Below, piece by piece: positions 25,342-39,426 of a stretch of 64,000 bases of DNA; the first letter of the stretch is position 1, and each line of letters begins with the position of its first letter. Under the pieces are notes generated by a model. It was given only the letters and a program-made list of their open reading frames with translations. It had not been told where the DNA came from and ran no database searches. Source of the stretch: Haliotis rufescens (taxonomy: Eukaryota); contig NW_025964361.1 in NCBI RefSeq assembly GCF_023055435.1, positions 15,996,001-16,060,000 on the forward strand. The letters run 5' to 3'. The position numbers and the translations under genes are program-made.

Positions 25342-26841
25342 GGATATCACCGACTGACCTTCACACTTTTCTCTAATGGTATGACATATGACCCCTGCAT
25401 GACTATGTCCTAACTAAGGATATCACCGACTGACTTTCACACTTAACTCTAATGGTATGACATATGACCCCTGGATGACTATGTCCCAACTAAGGATATC
25501 ACCGACTGACCTTCACATTTACTCTGATGGTATGACATATGACCTCTGGATGAGTGTATGTCCCAACTTAGGATATCACCGACTGACCTTCACATTTACT
25601 CTGATGGTATGACATATGACCTCTGTATGAGTGTATGTCCCAACTAAGGATATTGCCTACTGACCTTCACATTTAGTCTAATGGTATGACATATGACCCC
25701 TGTATGAGTGTATGTCCCAACTTAGAATATCACCGACTGACTTTCACATTTACTCTAATGGTATGACATATAACCCCTGGATGACTATGTCCCAACTTAG
25801 GATTTCGCCGACTGACCTTCACATTTACTCTAATGGTATGACATATGACCCCTGTATGAGGGTATGTCCCAACTAAGGATATTGCCGACTGACCTTCACA
25901 TTTACTCTAATGGTATGACATATGACCCCTGTATGAGTGTATGTCCCAACTAAGGATATTGCCGACCGACCTTCACATTTACTCTAATGGTATGACATAT
26001 GACCTCTGGATGACTATGTCCCAACTAAGGTTATTGCCGACTGACCTTCACCTTTACTCTTATGGTATGACATATGACCCCTGTATGAGTGTATGTCCCA
26101 ACTCAGGATATCACCGACTGACCTTCACATTTACTCTAATGGTATGACATATGACCCCTGTATGAGTGTATGTCCCAACTAAGGATATTGCCGACCGACC
26201 TTCACATTTACTCTAATGGTATGACATATGACCTCTGGATGACTATGTCCCAACTAAGGATATAGCCGACTGACCTTCACATTTACTCTAATGGTATGAC
26301 ATATGACCTCTGGATGACTATATCCCAACTAAGGATATAGCCGACTGACCTTCACATTTACTCTAATGGTATGACATATGACCTCTGGATGACTATGTCC
26401 CAACTAAGGTTATTGCCGACTGACCTTCACCTTTACTCTTATGGTATGACATATGACCCCTGTATGAGTGTATGTCCCAACTAAGGATATAGCCGACTGA
26501 CCTTCACATTTACTCTAATGGTATGATATATGACCCCTGTATGAGTGTATGTCCCAACTAAGGATATCACCGACTGACCTTCACATTTACTCTAATGGTA
26601 TGACATATGACCTCTGGATGACTATGTCCCAACTAAGGATATAGCCGACTGACCTTCACATTTACTCTAATGGTATGACATATGACCTCTGGATGACTAT
26701 ATCCCAACTAAGGATATAGCCGACTGACCTTCACATTTACTCTAATGGTATGACATATGACCTCTGGATGACTATGTCCCAACTAAGGTTATTGCCGACT
26801 GACCTTCACATTTACTCTAATGGTATGACATAGACCCCTGT
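25342..26841. repeat. 75/77-bp minisatellite, ~20 copies, almost directly abutting the 24-bp array
   Basis: Unit ggatatcaccgactgaccttcacatttactctaatggtatgacatatgacccctg(gatgac|tatgagtg)tatgtcccaactaa. Confidence 0.96.
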
Positions 26842-27249
26842 AAGAATCATTGTACACTAGAATCGTTTTTTTCCCCTGAGGATACTCTGTAAGAAATGTG
26901 TTTAGAATGTAACCACAGACAAGACATGTTCAGAGCTTAACATGATTAGTAATGTGTTGAAATCCTAAACGGAATACGCATTTGGTGTGTTCTATCTAGA
27001 CGCGTTTATGTCTGAACACATGAAACGAGCTAACGTTTCACAGCCTAAACACCACCAAAACACAACATCCCCATGATATGAACCTGCTTCGAATTTAAGT
27101 CAATTACGGATAAGATGTAAAATGCATATTGACATTAAATGTACAAATCAGATCAACAGGTATTTGCATTACAAATATACTGGCATGCCTTACAAAGATC
27201 GTGGTACAATACCAACATACAAACGTACAACTTAACCAATCTCGGTCTC

Positions 27250-27316
27250 CGTATCACAGGTGGTAGCGTGAATGACTACAAATCAAGAGGTTGCAGGTTC
27301 GTATCCCGCCGAGGTT
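27250..27316 (+). pseudogene. Degenerate tRNA-like sequence (pseudo-tRNA or SINE head)
   Basis: gactacaaatcaagaggttgcaggttcgtatcccgcc resembles an anticodon arm to T-arm with B-box GGTTCG; D-arm and acceptor stem do not pair well. Confidence 0.4.
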
Positions 27317-28597
27317 TAAGGCGTGTTGTGTCTATTAATGTGTTTATGTCCGACAAGTTCTATTTCTCTCGTACAGGAAGCTGACAATAAGTACATCTGA
27401 TTACTACAATGACCCCCTAACCTTTCACAGTTACCACCATACACCCCACCCCACCCCAAATTAATCCATTTATACCCCGCTCCAAACTTCTGTATCCCGA
27501 TTAAACGCTACTAAAACATAGAAAACCATTTTTTTAAATTACCTACAATGGATTTCATAGGGGGTATACACATGTTGTGTATACACAAGTCGCTATGTAA
27601 AATTAGTTAATCTGGACTTATATAGTTGAAAGTTACTTTTCTCCTTAATGACATGAAAAAATCGATTATGAAACTTCTCTCCAAGGACTTTCAATAGAAT
27701 GTGTAGCCCTTGTCTCGCCACGGATCGATACGTCTCTCAAGACGACAAGGTCTTAAGTCATCTCCATCACGTCGGCATCACCTCGCGTACCACTGAGGCC
27801 TGAATAGCAGGTGGGCTTGGAAGCAAATGTAGACGAACCTGGACATGATGAGACTTCCCGTATGAGTAAATGTATTATTTAACACTCTCTGATTGAAGAC
27901 GCGTCCTTCACGTGACCTGTCCATGCAATACGTTCTGCACGCAACTGCTACTGTTCATGAGAGTGGTTGTTTGTTACTTACTAACGGGAGGATAACTGTA
28001 ACGAAAAACAAAGTTCACATAACGAATTTTGCTCTTGTGGACACAATGTGAAAATGAAATGAAAATAATAACGCCTTATTTTTTTGACATGTTACCAAAA
28101 CTATATAATGAAATTGAAAGGTTTCTCAGTAAGTGTACCACCTGACTCTGTATAAACATTGGTAAACATGTCGTGCATGAAACTCAACACTCAAGGGCGT
28201 TTAGGTCTAATTTTACAACTTGGGTAATCCATCCTTGTAAATAATAACATCCCGCGTAGACCAAACCCACTTTGAAACTTGGAAGGATTGAATGATTGAA
28301 GGATTGAAGCGTATTGATAAAAAATAACTATGTTGTTATACCAAACGTAGGTAGATCTTGTTGCCAGGCCTGTCGCTCGACATTAAGGAGATGAAACAAT
28401 AACTGAACGTGTCAGTGCCCATGTTAAACTGCAACGGTGTTTCAGTGGGATAGCACATAGCACAAGACCAAGCAGCCACCCACACGTTTCTTCGTCATAC
28501 CCCAAATTATGCCTAAAGTCTTGTGGAGCTTGGAAGCAGAAAGGCATGGATTAACAGACACAATTGGAAAGTCAAGGGTCTGTTTTGTAAAGAGGTA

Positions 28598-30692
28598 GGG
28601 GAAGGGGTGGTGCTGGTATATAAGGGTTGTAGGGAATGGGTGGTGCTGGTAAAGGAAGGTTGTAGGAAATGGGTGGTGCTGGTATTGGGTGGGAGGATTG
28701 TAGGGAATGGGTGGTGCTGGTATGGGAGGGTTGTAGGGAATTGGTGGTGCTGGTATGGGCTGGGAGGGTTGGAGGGAATGGGTGGTGCTGGTATTTGGTG
28801 GGAGGGTTGTAGAGAATGGGTGGTGCTGGTATTTGGTGGGAGGATTGTAGGGAATGGGTGGTGCTGGTAATTGGTGGGAGGGTTGTAGGGAATGGGTGGT
28901 GCTGGTATGGGAGGGTTGTAGGGAATGGGTGGTGCTGGTATTTGGTGGGAGGATTGTAGGGAATGGGTGGTGCTGGTATTTGGTGGGAGGATTGTAGGGA
29001 ATGGGTGGTGCTGGTATTGGGTGGGAGGATTGTAGGGAATGGGTGGTGCTGGTATGGGAGGGTTGTAGGGAATGGGTGGTGCTGGTATTTGGTGGGAGGA
29101 TTGTAGGGAATGGGTGGTGCTGGTATTTGGTGGGAGGATTGTAGGGAATGGGTGGTGCTGGTATTTGGTGGGAGGATTGTAGGGAATGGGTGGTGCTGGT
29201 ATTTGGTGGGAGGGTTGTAGAGAATGGGTTGTGCTGGTATTTGGTGGGAGGATTGTAGGGAATAGGTGGTGCTGGTATGGGAGGGTTGTAGGGAATGGGT
29301 GGTGCTGGTATGGGCTGGGAGAGTTTTAGAGAATGGGTTGTGCTGGTATTTGGTGGGAGGGTTGTAGGGAATGGGTGGTGCTGGTATTTGGTGGGAGGGT
29401 TGTAGAGAATGGGTTGTGCTGGTATTTGGTGGGAGGATTGTAGGGAATAGGTGGTGCTGGTATGGGAGGGTTGTAGGGAATGGGTGGTGCTGGTATGGGC
29501 TGGGAGAGTTTTAGAGAATGGGTTGTGCTGGTATTTGGTGGGAGGGTTGTAGGGAATGGGTGGTGCTGGTATGGGAGGGTTGTAGGGAATGGGTGGTGCT
29601 GGTATTTGGTGGGAGGATTGTAGGGAATGGGTGGTGCTGGTATTTGGTGGGAGGGTTGTAGAGAATGGGTTGTGCTGGTATTTGGTGGGAGGATTGTAGG
29701 GAATAGGTGGTGCTGGTATGGGAGGGTTGTAGGGAATGGGTGGTGCTGGTATGGGCTGGGAGAGTTTTAGAGAATGGGTTGTGCTGGTATTTGGTGGGAG
29801 GGTTGTAGGGAATGGGTGGTGCTGGTATGGGAGGGTTGTAGGGAATGGGTGGTGCTGGTATTTGGTGGGAGGATTGTAGGGAATGGGTGGTGCTGGTATT
29901 TGGTGGGAGGATTGTAGGGAATGGGTGGTGCTGGTATTTGGTGGGAGGATTGTAGGGAATGGGTGGTGCTGGTATGGGAGGGTTGTAGGGAATGGGTGGT
30001 GCTGATATGGGCTCGGAGAGTTGTAGAGAATGGGTGGTGCTGGTATTTGGTGGGAGGATTGTAGGGAATGGGTGGTGCTGGTATGGGAGGGTTGTAGGGA
30101 ATGGGTGGTGCTGGTATTTGGTGGGAGGATTGTAGGAAATGGGTGGTGCTGGTATGGGAGAGTTGTAGAGAATGGGTGGTGCTGGTATTTGGTGGGAGGA
30201 TTGTAGGAAATGGGTGGTGCTGGTATTGGAGGGTTGTAGGGAATGGGTGGTGCTGGTATGGGCTGGGAGGATTGGAGGGAATGGGTGGTGCTGGTATTTG
30301 GTGGGAGGGTTGTAGAGAATGGGTGGTGCTGGTATGGGGTGGGAGGATTGTAGGAAATGAGTGGTGCTGGTATTTGGTTGGAGGGTTGTGCTGGTATTTG
30401 GTGCGAGGGTTGTAGGGAATAGGTGGTGCTGGTATGGGAGGGTTGTAGGGAATGGGTGGTGCTGGTATGGGCTGGGAGGGTTGGAGGGAATGGGTGGTGC
30501 TGGTATTTGGTGGGAGGGTTGAAGGGAATGGGTGGTGCTGGTATGGGAGGGTTGTAGGGAATGGGTTGTGCTGGTATGGGAGGGTTGTAGGTAATGAGTG
30601 GTGCTGGTATGGGAAGGTTGTAGAGAATAGGTGGTGCTGGTGTGGGATGGGAGGGTTGTTGAGAATGGATGGTGATGGTATTGGGGTGGGAG
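28598..30692. repeat. G-rich minisatellite, 33/38-bp units, ~57 copies
   Basis: Unit gggagg(g/a)ttgtagggaatgggtggtgctggtat[ttggt|gggct]; extreme G/C strand skew; source of the 765-aa Pro/Thr/His minus ORF. Confidence 0.96.
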
Positions 30693-31019
30693 GTGTGTTT
30701 GAGAAAGGAAAACATGATGTCGAGTGTTAAGGATTTCACATACAGTGTTTTGGATTACTCAACTAATAATGTCTATCGGTAACGTATTACTTATTCTTGA
30801 ATCAAATTATGATATTTGCAGGAAATTAATAACAGGATATATGTAAATGTTTCACAGAGAAGCATAACGCCTTCAAGAAACATGCTTATTGCCTTCCCTC
30901 TGTGTTTCTAGTTGAGTGGGGTTTACGTCATGTTTGTTTGTTATTCACTGTGATGCCCTGGCATGTCATTTAGATTTCACAAATAAATAAATAGGGACAG
31001 GATTTATGGTTTTACGCCT

Positions 31020-31190
31020 GTTTTACGCCGCAGTCAGGAATACTTCAGCTACATCACGGAGGCCTTATAAAACCTCTAACCTGGGCCCTAAAACCCAGTG
31101 GGTGATATCATGAGCGTTAGGGATACGATGACACGAAATGAACAAAATCACTCAGTCTGATCACCCAATCCAATTTAGACGCCTCTTAGT
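31020..31190 (-). mobile_element. Old diverged copy of the second SINE-like family
   Basis: ttttacgccgca...gggatacgatgacac...tctgatcacccaatcc...ttagacgcctctta is the reverse complement of motifs at 17563..17730. Confidence 0.55.
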
Positions 31191-31940
31191 GCCGAACATG
31201 TACGCGTCTCCACGTTGTCGGAGGAAAAGGCAGACAGGAAACATGGACGCTCGTCGACATAAGTGGAGTGGACGGTTTAAAACCGATATAGATGCGTAGA
31301 AATGTTGATATAAGGCCATGCTCTTTGGTCATTGAATCCCCGCTTTGCGTATTCAAGAAATAAGTCTGAGAACTACCTTTATTGAATTTATTTCCAAACC
31401 GTTAAGCCATAGCGTTTGTGTGACAAATGTATCGTTAATTTAAGATAGCACGTACTGGCTGTCGAGCAGACTGTCTGCCGGCTGTGCTTATGAGGATATT
31501 GGATGATATGGGCCGGTTGATGATGCTGGGCGTTGGTTGGGCTATGATGTAACACTCGCTTGATAACCTCAACTTCCCGCTGTTGTTATGTACAATCACT
31601 AGGTCACTCGGAACATGGGCCAGTGTCGGGTTGGTGTCAAGTGGGCGTCAGCATCGTTCAACTCAACTTTTGTATTATCAACCGTCCGAAACAGTCTAAG
31701 AGTCGGGCGTCTACAAAAACATAGCACCCTTATATAAATAGTCATAGCCACCAGCACTTACCAGTCTTACATAGTGTTTAAAATCCATTCTAATTCTATA
31801 TTGGATGCATGAACATTATGTACATCTTCGAATTCACAAAAACATTTTGTAACAAAGGAGATATGAAGATGCAACTATATTTTAGATATATGTAATGTAC
31901 CATGGTTCAGATCACCTGGAACGCTGAAGAAACGGAATCT

Positions 31941-34900
31941 GTGTGTCTACACAGACCCATAGACAGAAGGATCCACCAGCTGTGTCTACACAGACCCATA
32001 GACAGAAGGATCCACCAGCTGTGTCTACACAGACCCATAGACAGAAGGATCCACCAGCTGTGTCTACACATACTTATAGACAGAAGGATCCACCAGCTGT
32101 GTCTACACAGACCCATAGACAGAAGGATCCACCAGCTGTGTCTACACAGACCCATAGACAGAAGGATCCACCAGCTGTGTCTACACAGACCCATAGACAG
32201 AAGGATCCACCAGCTGTGTCTACACAGACCCATAGACAGAAGGATCCACCAGCTGTGTCTACACATACCCATAGACAGAAGGATCCACCAGCTGTGTCTA
32301 CACAGACCCATAGACAGAAGGATCCACCAGCTGTGTCTACACATACCCATAGACAGAAGGATCCACCAGCTGTGTCTACACAGACCCATAGACAGAAGGA
32401 TCCACCAGCTGTGTCTACACATACCCATAGACAGAAGGATCCACCAGCTGTGTCTACACAGACCCATAGACAGAAGGATCCACCAGCTGTGTCTACACAT
32501 ACCCATAGACAGAAGGATCCACCAGCTGTGTCTACACAGACCTATAGACAGAAGGATCCACCAGCTTTGTCTACACAGACCCATAGACAGAAGGATCCAC
32601 CAGCTGTGTCTACACAGACCCATAGACAGAAGGATCCACCAGCTGTGTCTACACAGACCCATAGACAGAAGGATCCACCAGCTGTGTCTACACATACCCA
32701 TAGACAGAAGGATCCACCAGCTGTGTCTACACAGACCCATAGACAGAAGGATCCACCAGCTATGTCTACACATACCCATAGACAGAAGGATCCACCAGCT
32801 GTGTCTACACAGACCCATAGACAGAAGGATCCACCAGCTGTGTCTACACATACCCATAGACAGAAGGATCCACCAGCTGTGTCTACACAGACCCATAGAC
32901 AGAAGGATCCACCAGCTGTGTCTACACATACCCATAGACAGAAGGATCCACCAGCTGTGTCTACACAGACCTATAGACAGAAGGATCCACCAGCTGTGTC
33001 TACACAGACCCATAGACAGAAGGATCCACCAGCTGTGTCTACACAGACCCATAGACAGAAGGATCCACCAGCTGTGTCTACACATACCCATAGACAGAAG
33101 GATCCACCAGCTGTGTCTACACAGACCCATAGACAGAAGGATCCACCAGCTGTGTCTACACATACCCATAGACAGAAGGATCCACCAGCTGTGTCTACAC
33201 AGACCCATAGACAGAAGGATCCACCAGCTGTGTCTACACATACCCATAGACAGAAGGATCCACCAGCTGTGTCTACACAGACCCATAGACAGAAGGATCC
33301 ACCAGCTGTGTCTACACATACCCATAGACAGAAGGATCCACCAGCTGTGTCTACACAGACCTATAGACAGAAGGATCCACCAGCTGTGTCTACACAGACC
33401 CATAGACAGAAGGATCCACCAGCTGTGTCTACACATACCCATAGACAGAAGGATCCACCAGCTGTGTCTACACAGACCCATAGACAGAAGGATCCACCAG
33501 CTGTGTCTACACAGACCCATAGACAGAAGGATCCACCAGCTGTGTCTACACAGACCCATAGACAGAAGGATCCACCAGCTGTGTCTACACAGACCCATAG
33601 ACAGAAGGATCCACCAGCTGTGTCTACACAGACCTATAGACATAAGGATCCACCAGCTGTGTCTACACAGACCCATAGACAGAAGGATCCACCAGCTGTG
33701 TCTACACAGACCCATAGACAGAAGGATCCACGAGCTGTGTCTACACAGACCTATAGACATAAGGATCCACCAGCTGTGTCTACACAGACCTATAGACAGA
33801 AGGATCCACCAGCTGTGTCTACACATACTTATAGACAGAAGGATCCACCAGCTGTGTCTACACAGACCTATAGACAAAAGGATCCACCAGCTGTGTCTAC
33901 ACAGACCCATAGACAGAAGGATCCACCAGCTGTGTCTACACAGACCCATAGACAGAAGGATCCACGAGCTGTGTCTACACAGACCTATAGACAGAAGGAT
34001 CCACCAGCTGTGTCTACACATACCCATAGACAGAAGAATACACCAGCTGTGTCTACACAGACCCATAGACAGAAGGATCCACCAGCTGTGTCTACACAGA
34101 CCTATAGACATAAGGATCCACCAGCTGTGTCTACACAGACCTATAGACATTAGGATCCACCAGCTGTGTCTACACATACTTATAGACAGAAGGATCCACC
34201 AGCTGTGTCTACACAGACCTATAGACAGAAGGATCCACCAGCTGTGTCTACACAGACCCATAGACAGAAGGATCCACGAGCTGTGTCTACACAGACCCAT
34301 AGACAGAAGGATCCACGAGCTGTTTCTACACAGACCTATAGACATAAGGATCAACCAGCTGTGTCTACACAGACCTATAGACAGAAGGATCCACCAGCTG
34401 TGTCTACACAGACCTATAGACATAAGGATCAACCAGCTGTGTCTACACAGACCTATAGACATAAGGATCCACCAGCTGTGTCTACACAGACCTATAGACA
34501 TAAGGATCCACCAGCTGTGTCTACACATACTTATAGACAGAAGGATCCACCAGCTGTGTCTACACAGACCTATAGACAGAAGGATCCACAAGCTGTGTCT
34601 ACACAGACCTATAGACAAAAGGATCCACCAGCTGTGTCTACACATACCCATAGACAGAAGAATACACCAGCTGTGTCTACACATACCCATAGACAGAAGG
34701 ATCCACCAGCTGTGTCTACACAGACCTATAGACAGAAGGATCCACCAGCTGTGTCTACACATACCCATAGACAGAAGAATACACCAGCTGTGTCTACACA
34801 TACACATAGACAGAAGGATCCACCAGCTGTGTCTACACAGACCTATAGACATAAGGATCCACCAGCTGTGTCTACACAGACCTATAGACAGAAGGATCCA

Positions 34901-37900
34901 CCAGCTGTGTCTACACATACCCATAGACAGAAGAATACACCAGCTGTGTCTACACATACCCATAGACATAAGGATCCACGAGCTGTGTCTACACATACCC
35001 ATAGACAGAAGGATCCACCAGCTGTGTCTACACAGACCTATAGACAGAAGGATCAACGAGCTGTGTCTACACAGGCATATAGACATAAGGATCCACCAGC
35101 TGTGTCTACACATACCCATAGACAGAAGAATACACCAGCTGTGTCTACACATATCCATAGACAGAAGGATCCACGAGCTGTGTCTACACATACCCATAGA
35201 CAGAAGGATCCACCAGCTGTGTCTACACATACTTATAGACAGAAGGATCCACCAGCTGTGTCTACACAGACCTATAGACAGAGGGATCCACCAGCTGTGT
35301 CTACACAGACCTATAGACAGAAGGATCCACCAGCTGTGTCTACACATACCCATAGACAGAAGAATACACCAGCTGTGTCTACACAGACCTATAGACAGAA
35401 GGATCCACGAGCTGTGTCTGCACATACCCATAGACAGAAGGATCCACCAGCTGTTTCTACACAGACCTATAGACATAAGGATCAACCAGCTGTGTCTACA
35501 CAGACCTATAGACAGAAGGATCCACCAGCTGTGTCTACACAGACCTATAGACATAAGGATCAACCAGCTGTGTCTACACAGACCTATAGACATAAGGATC
35601 CACCAGCTGTGTCTACACAGACCTATAGACATAAGGATCCACCAGCTGTGTCTACACATACTTATAGACAGAAGGATCCACCAGCTGTGTCTACACTGAC
35701 CTATAGACAGAAGGATCCACCAGCTGTGTCTACACAGACCTATAGACAGAAGGATCCACCAGCTGTGTCTACACATACCCATAGACAGAAGAATACACCA
35801 GCTGTGTCTACACATACCCATAGACAGAAGGATCCACCAGCTGTGTCTACACAGACCTATAGACATAAGGATCCACCAGCTGTGTCTACACATACCCATA
35901 GACAGAAGAATACACCAGCTGTGTCTACACATACACATAGACAGAAGGATCCACCAGCTGTGTCTACACAGACCTATAGACAGAAGGATCCACCAGCTGT
36001 GTCTACACATACCTATAGACAGAAGGATCCACCAGCTGTGTCTACACATACCCATAGACAGAAGAATACACCAGCTGTGTCTACACATACCCATAGACAG
36101 AAGGATCCACGAGCTGTGTCTACACATACCCATAGACAGAAGGATCCACGAGCTGTGTCTACACAGACCTATAGACAGAAGGATCCACCAGCTGTGTCTA
36201 CACATACCCATAGACGGAAGAATACACCAGCTGTGTCTACACATACCCATAGACAGAAGGATCCACGAGCTGTGTCTACACAGACCTATAGACATAAGGA
36301 TCCACCAGCTGTGTCTACACATATCCATAGACAGAAGAATACACCAGCTGTGTCTACACATACCCATAGACAGAAGGATCCACGAGCTGTGTCTACACAG
36401 ACCTATAGACATAAGGATCCACCAGCTGTGTCTACACATATCCATAGACAGAAGAATACACCAGCTGTGTCTACACATACCCATAGACAGAAGGATCCAC
36501 CAGCTGTGTCTACACATACCTATAGGCAGAAGGATCCACCAGCTGTGTCTACACATACCCATAGACAGAAGAATACACCAGCTGTGTCTACACATACCTA
36601 TAGACATAAGGATCCATCAGCTGTGTCTACACATACCTATAGACAGAAGGATCCACCAGCTGTGTCTACACAGACCTATAGACAGAAGGATCCACGAGCT
36701 GTGTGTACACAGACCTATAGACAGAAGGATCCACGAGCTGTGTCTACACAGACCTATAGACAGAAGGATCCACGGGCTGTGTCTACACAGACCTATAGAC
36801 ATAAGGATCCACCAGCTGTGTCTACACAGACCCATAGACAGAAGAATACACCAGCTGTGTCTACACATACCCATAGACAGAAGGATCCACGAGCTGTGTC
36901 TACACATACCTATAGGCAGAAGGATCCACCAGCTGTGTCTACACATACCCATAGACAGAAGAATACACCAGCTGTGTCTACACATACCTATAGACAGAAG
37001 GATCCACCAGCTGTGTCTACACATACTTATAGACAGAAGGATCCACCAGCTGTGTCTACACAGACCTATAGTCAGAAGGATCCAGGAGCTGTGTCTACAC
37101 ACACCTATAGACAGAAGGATCAACCAGCTGTGTCTACACATACCCTTAGACAGAAGAATACACCAGCTGTGTCTACACATACCCATAGACAGAAGGATCC
37201 ACGAGCTGTGTCTACACATACCCATAGACAGAAGGATCCACGAGCTGTGTCTACACATACCCATAGACAGAAGGATCCACCAGCTGTGTCTACACATACC
37301 CATAGACAGAGGGATCCACGAGCTGTGTCTACACATACTTATAGAAAGAAGGATCCACGAGCTGTGTCTACACATACCCATAGACAGAAGGATGCACGAG
37401 CTGTGTCTTCACATACCCATAGACAGAAGGATCCACCAGCTGTGTCTACACATACCTATAGACAGAAGGATCCACGAGCTGTGTCTACACAGACTTATAG
37501 ACAGAAGTATCCACGAGCTGTGTCTACACATACCCATAGACAGAAGAATCAACGAGCTGTGTCTACACATACCCATAGACAGAAGGATCCACCAGCTGTG
37601 TCTACACATACCCATAGACAGATGGATCCACCAGCTGTGTCTACACAGACCTATAGACAGAAGGATCCACGAGCTGTGTCTACACATATCCATAGACAGA
37701 AGGATCCAGCAGCTGTGTGTACACATACCTTTAGACAGAAGGATCCACCAGCTGTGTCTTCACATACCCATAGACAGAAGAATACACCAGCTGTGTCTAC
37801 ACAGACCTATAGACAGAAGGATCCACCAGCTGTGTCTACACAGACCTATAGACAGAAGGATCCACCAGCTGTGTCTACACATACTTATAGACAGAAGGAT

Positions 37901-38328
37901 CCACCAGCTGTGTCTACAGATACCCATAGACAGAAGGATCCACCAGCTGTGTCTACACAGACCTATAGACATAAGGATCCACCAGCTGTGTCTACACAGA
38001 CCTATAGACAGAAGGATCCACCAGCTGTGTCTACACAGACCTATAGACATAAGGATCCACCAGCTGTGTCTACACAGACCTATAGACAGAAGGATCCACC
38101 AGCTGTGTCTACACATACTTATAGACAGAAGGATCCACCAGCTGTGTCTACACAGACCTATAGACAGAAGGATCCACCAGCTGTGTCTACACAGACCTAT
38201 AGACAGAAGGATCCACCAGCTGTGTCTACACAGACATATAGGCAGAAGGATCCACCAGCTGTGTCTACACATACTTATAGACAGAAGGATCCACCAGCAG
38301 TGTCTACACAGACATATAGACAGAAGGA
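31941..38328. repeat. 39-bp minisatellite, ~164 copies (6.4 kb)
   Basis: Unit tgtgtctacaca(g/t)acc(c/t)atagacagaaggatccaccagc (BamHI and PvuII sites in most units); no frame-shifting indels; homogeneous 5' part, more variant 3' part. Confidence 0.98.
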
Positions 38329-38349
38329 GCTGTCATGTGTTGTATATAT

Positions 38350-39426
38350 ATAGCTCACCGTACTAGATATGAATATGTTTTGATTCATTGATATTCGATA
38401 GATACCCACAGGCACATCTCAGATAGTTCTTTTTCCAAGCTTGGGAAGAGGTGAAATCTGACAGTACCAAATCTGGTGAATACGGAGGATGCTCAATGGG
38501 TTCAAAGTCACACTCATACGCTGCAGGCATGGCGACAACAGTCTTGTGTACAGATGCCTTGTCCTGGTGGAACAACACACATCTAGTGACTTTTCGACGA
38601 CATCTTGATATTCCCACGCAGTTGCCTTAGCAGATTATCATGGTGTTGGCCATTAACCTTTTGGGAGGTAGTTACCTGTAGGATTTCTTTGGAATCCCAT
38701 AAAACTGAAGCAATCACCTTGTCAGCTGATGGAAGAGACGTTGCCTTTTATCGGAGGAAACGTTAGATGTTTCCGCTGCTTTGACTGTTGTTCAGTGTGT
38801 GGCTGATGCATGGTTACACATTACGCAACACAATCAGCTTGGTCTGCTTCAAAACGACATGATGATGAGAGATGATGAACCTTGAGCGTATCTGATCAAG
38901 ACTCAGAAGCCTTAGAACCTATCTTGCTGAAGCCTTTATCACGCTCAGTTCCTTCCCCGGAATGTTCTCCACTCTCCCATTGACAGCTGCCCACAGTACT
39001 GCCTGTACTGGCTAGGTGACTTGTGGGGTGTCGATCATCCCAGATTATATACTAGTAATGTATTTTGTCAACATTTGATGGCAATTGAAGGTTTTCCTCA
39101 TCTTGGATCACCATGGGGGATCTCTCTTCCACTGTGAACTCTGCTGCCCATCTCTTACAGCGGGACTTGATGGAGCAACATTCCTCAGAGTTAATATGGA
39201 TGGCTTGCTGTAATAGTTAGCCTATTCAGCTGCAGTTACTTCATGACGCCCAGTTTTTGTCAACAGTGAATACCTAGTCAGTTTAATGCCTGCAGAAATA
39301 TACTGCTTGGTTGTGGTTTAAATGCAGTCTTTAAGCATGGAAAGTATTGTACTTACTACATTTAAACTGTTACGGGTGTACTGTACCTTCGTAGTTTGGC
39401 TCAGAACTTTATAGTCACCCCTGGTA
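38350..39426 (-). mobile_element. Decayed mariner (DD34D) transposon, 3' TIR missing
   Basis: Minus-strand remnants 'LFHQDKASVHK...EHPPYSPDLVLSDF' (YSPDL motif) and 'ADKVIASVLWDSKEIL'; 5' end TA-ccaggggtgactataaagttctgagcc resembles a mariner TIR; frameshifted. Confidence 0.88.

Noticed and set aside
18357-25357. ORFs of 170-280 aa in the 156-, 54- and 24-bp arrays
   Set aside because: Tandem-repeat translations open on both strands; the 156-bp ones lie inside a non-coding Helentron-type element.
28442-30739. 765-aa Pro/Thr/His-rich extensin- or mucin-like protein
   Set aside because: The C-rich strand of a 33/38-bp array lacks stops by composition, and the peptide cycles through all three frames of the unit.
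31907-38353. 1566-aa, 1395-aa and 736-aa ORFs as genes
   Set aside because: By-products of a stop-poor 39-bp unit open in three frames, with no domain or signal peptide; only the ATG-31902 frame is kept as a weak lead.
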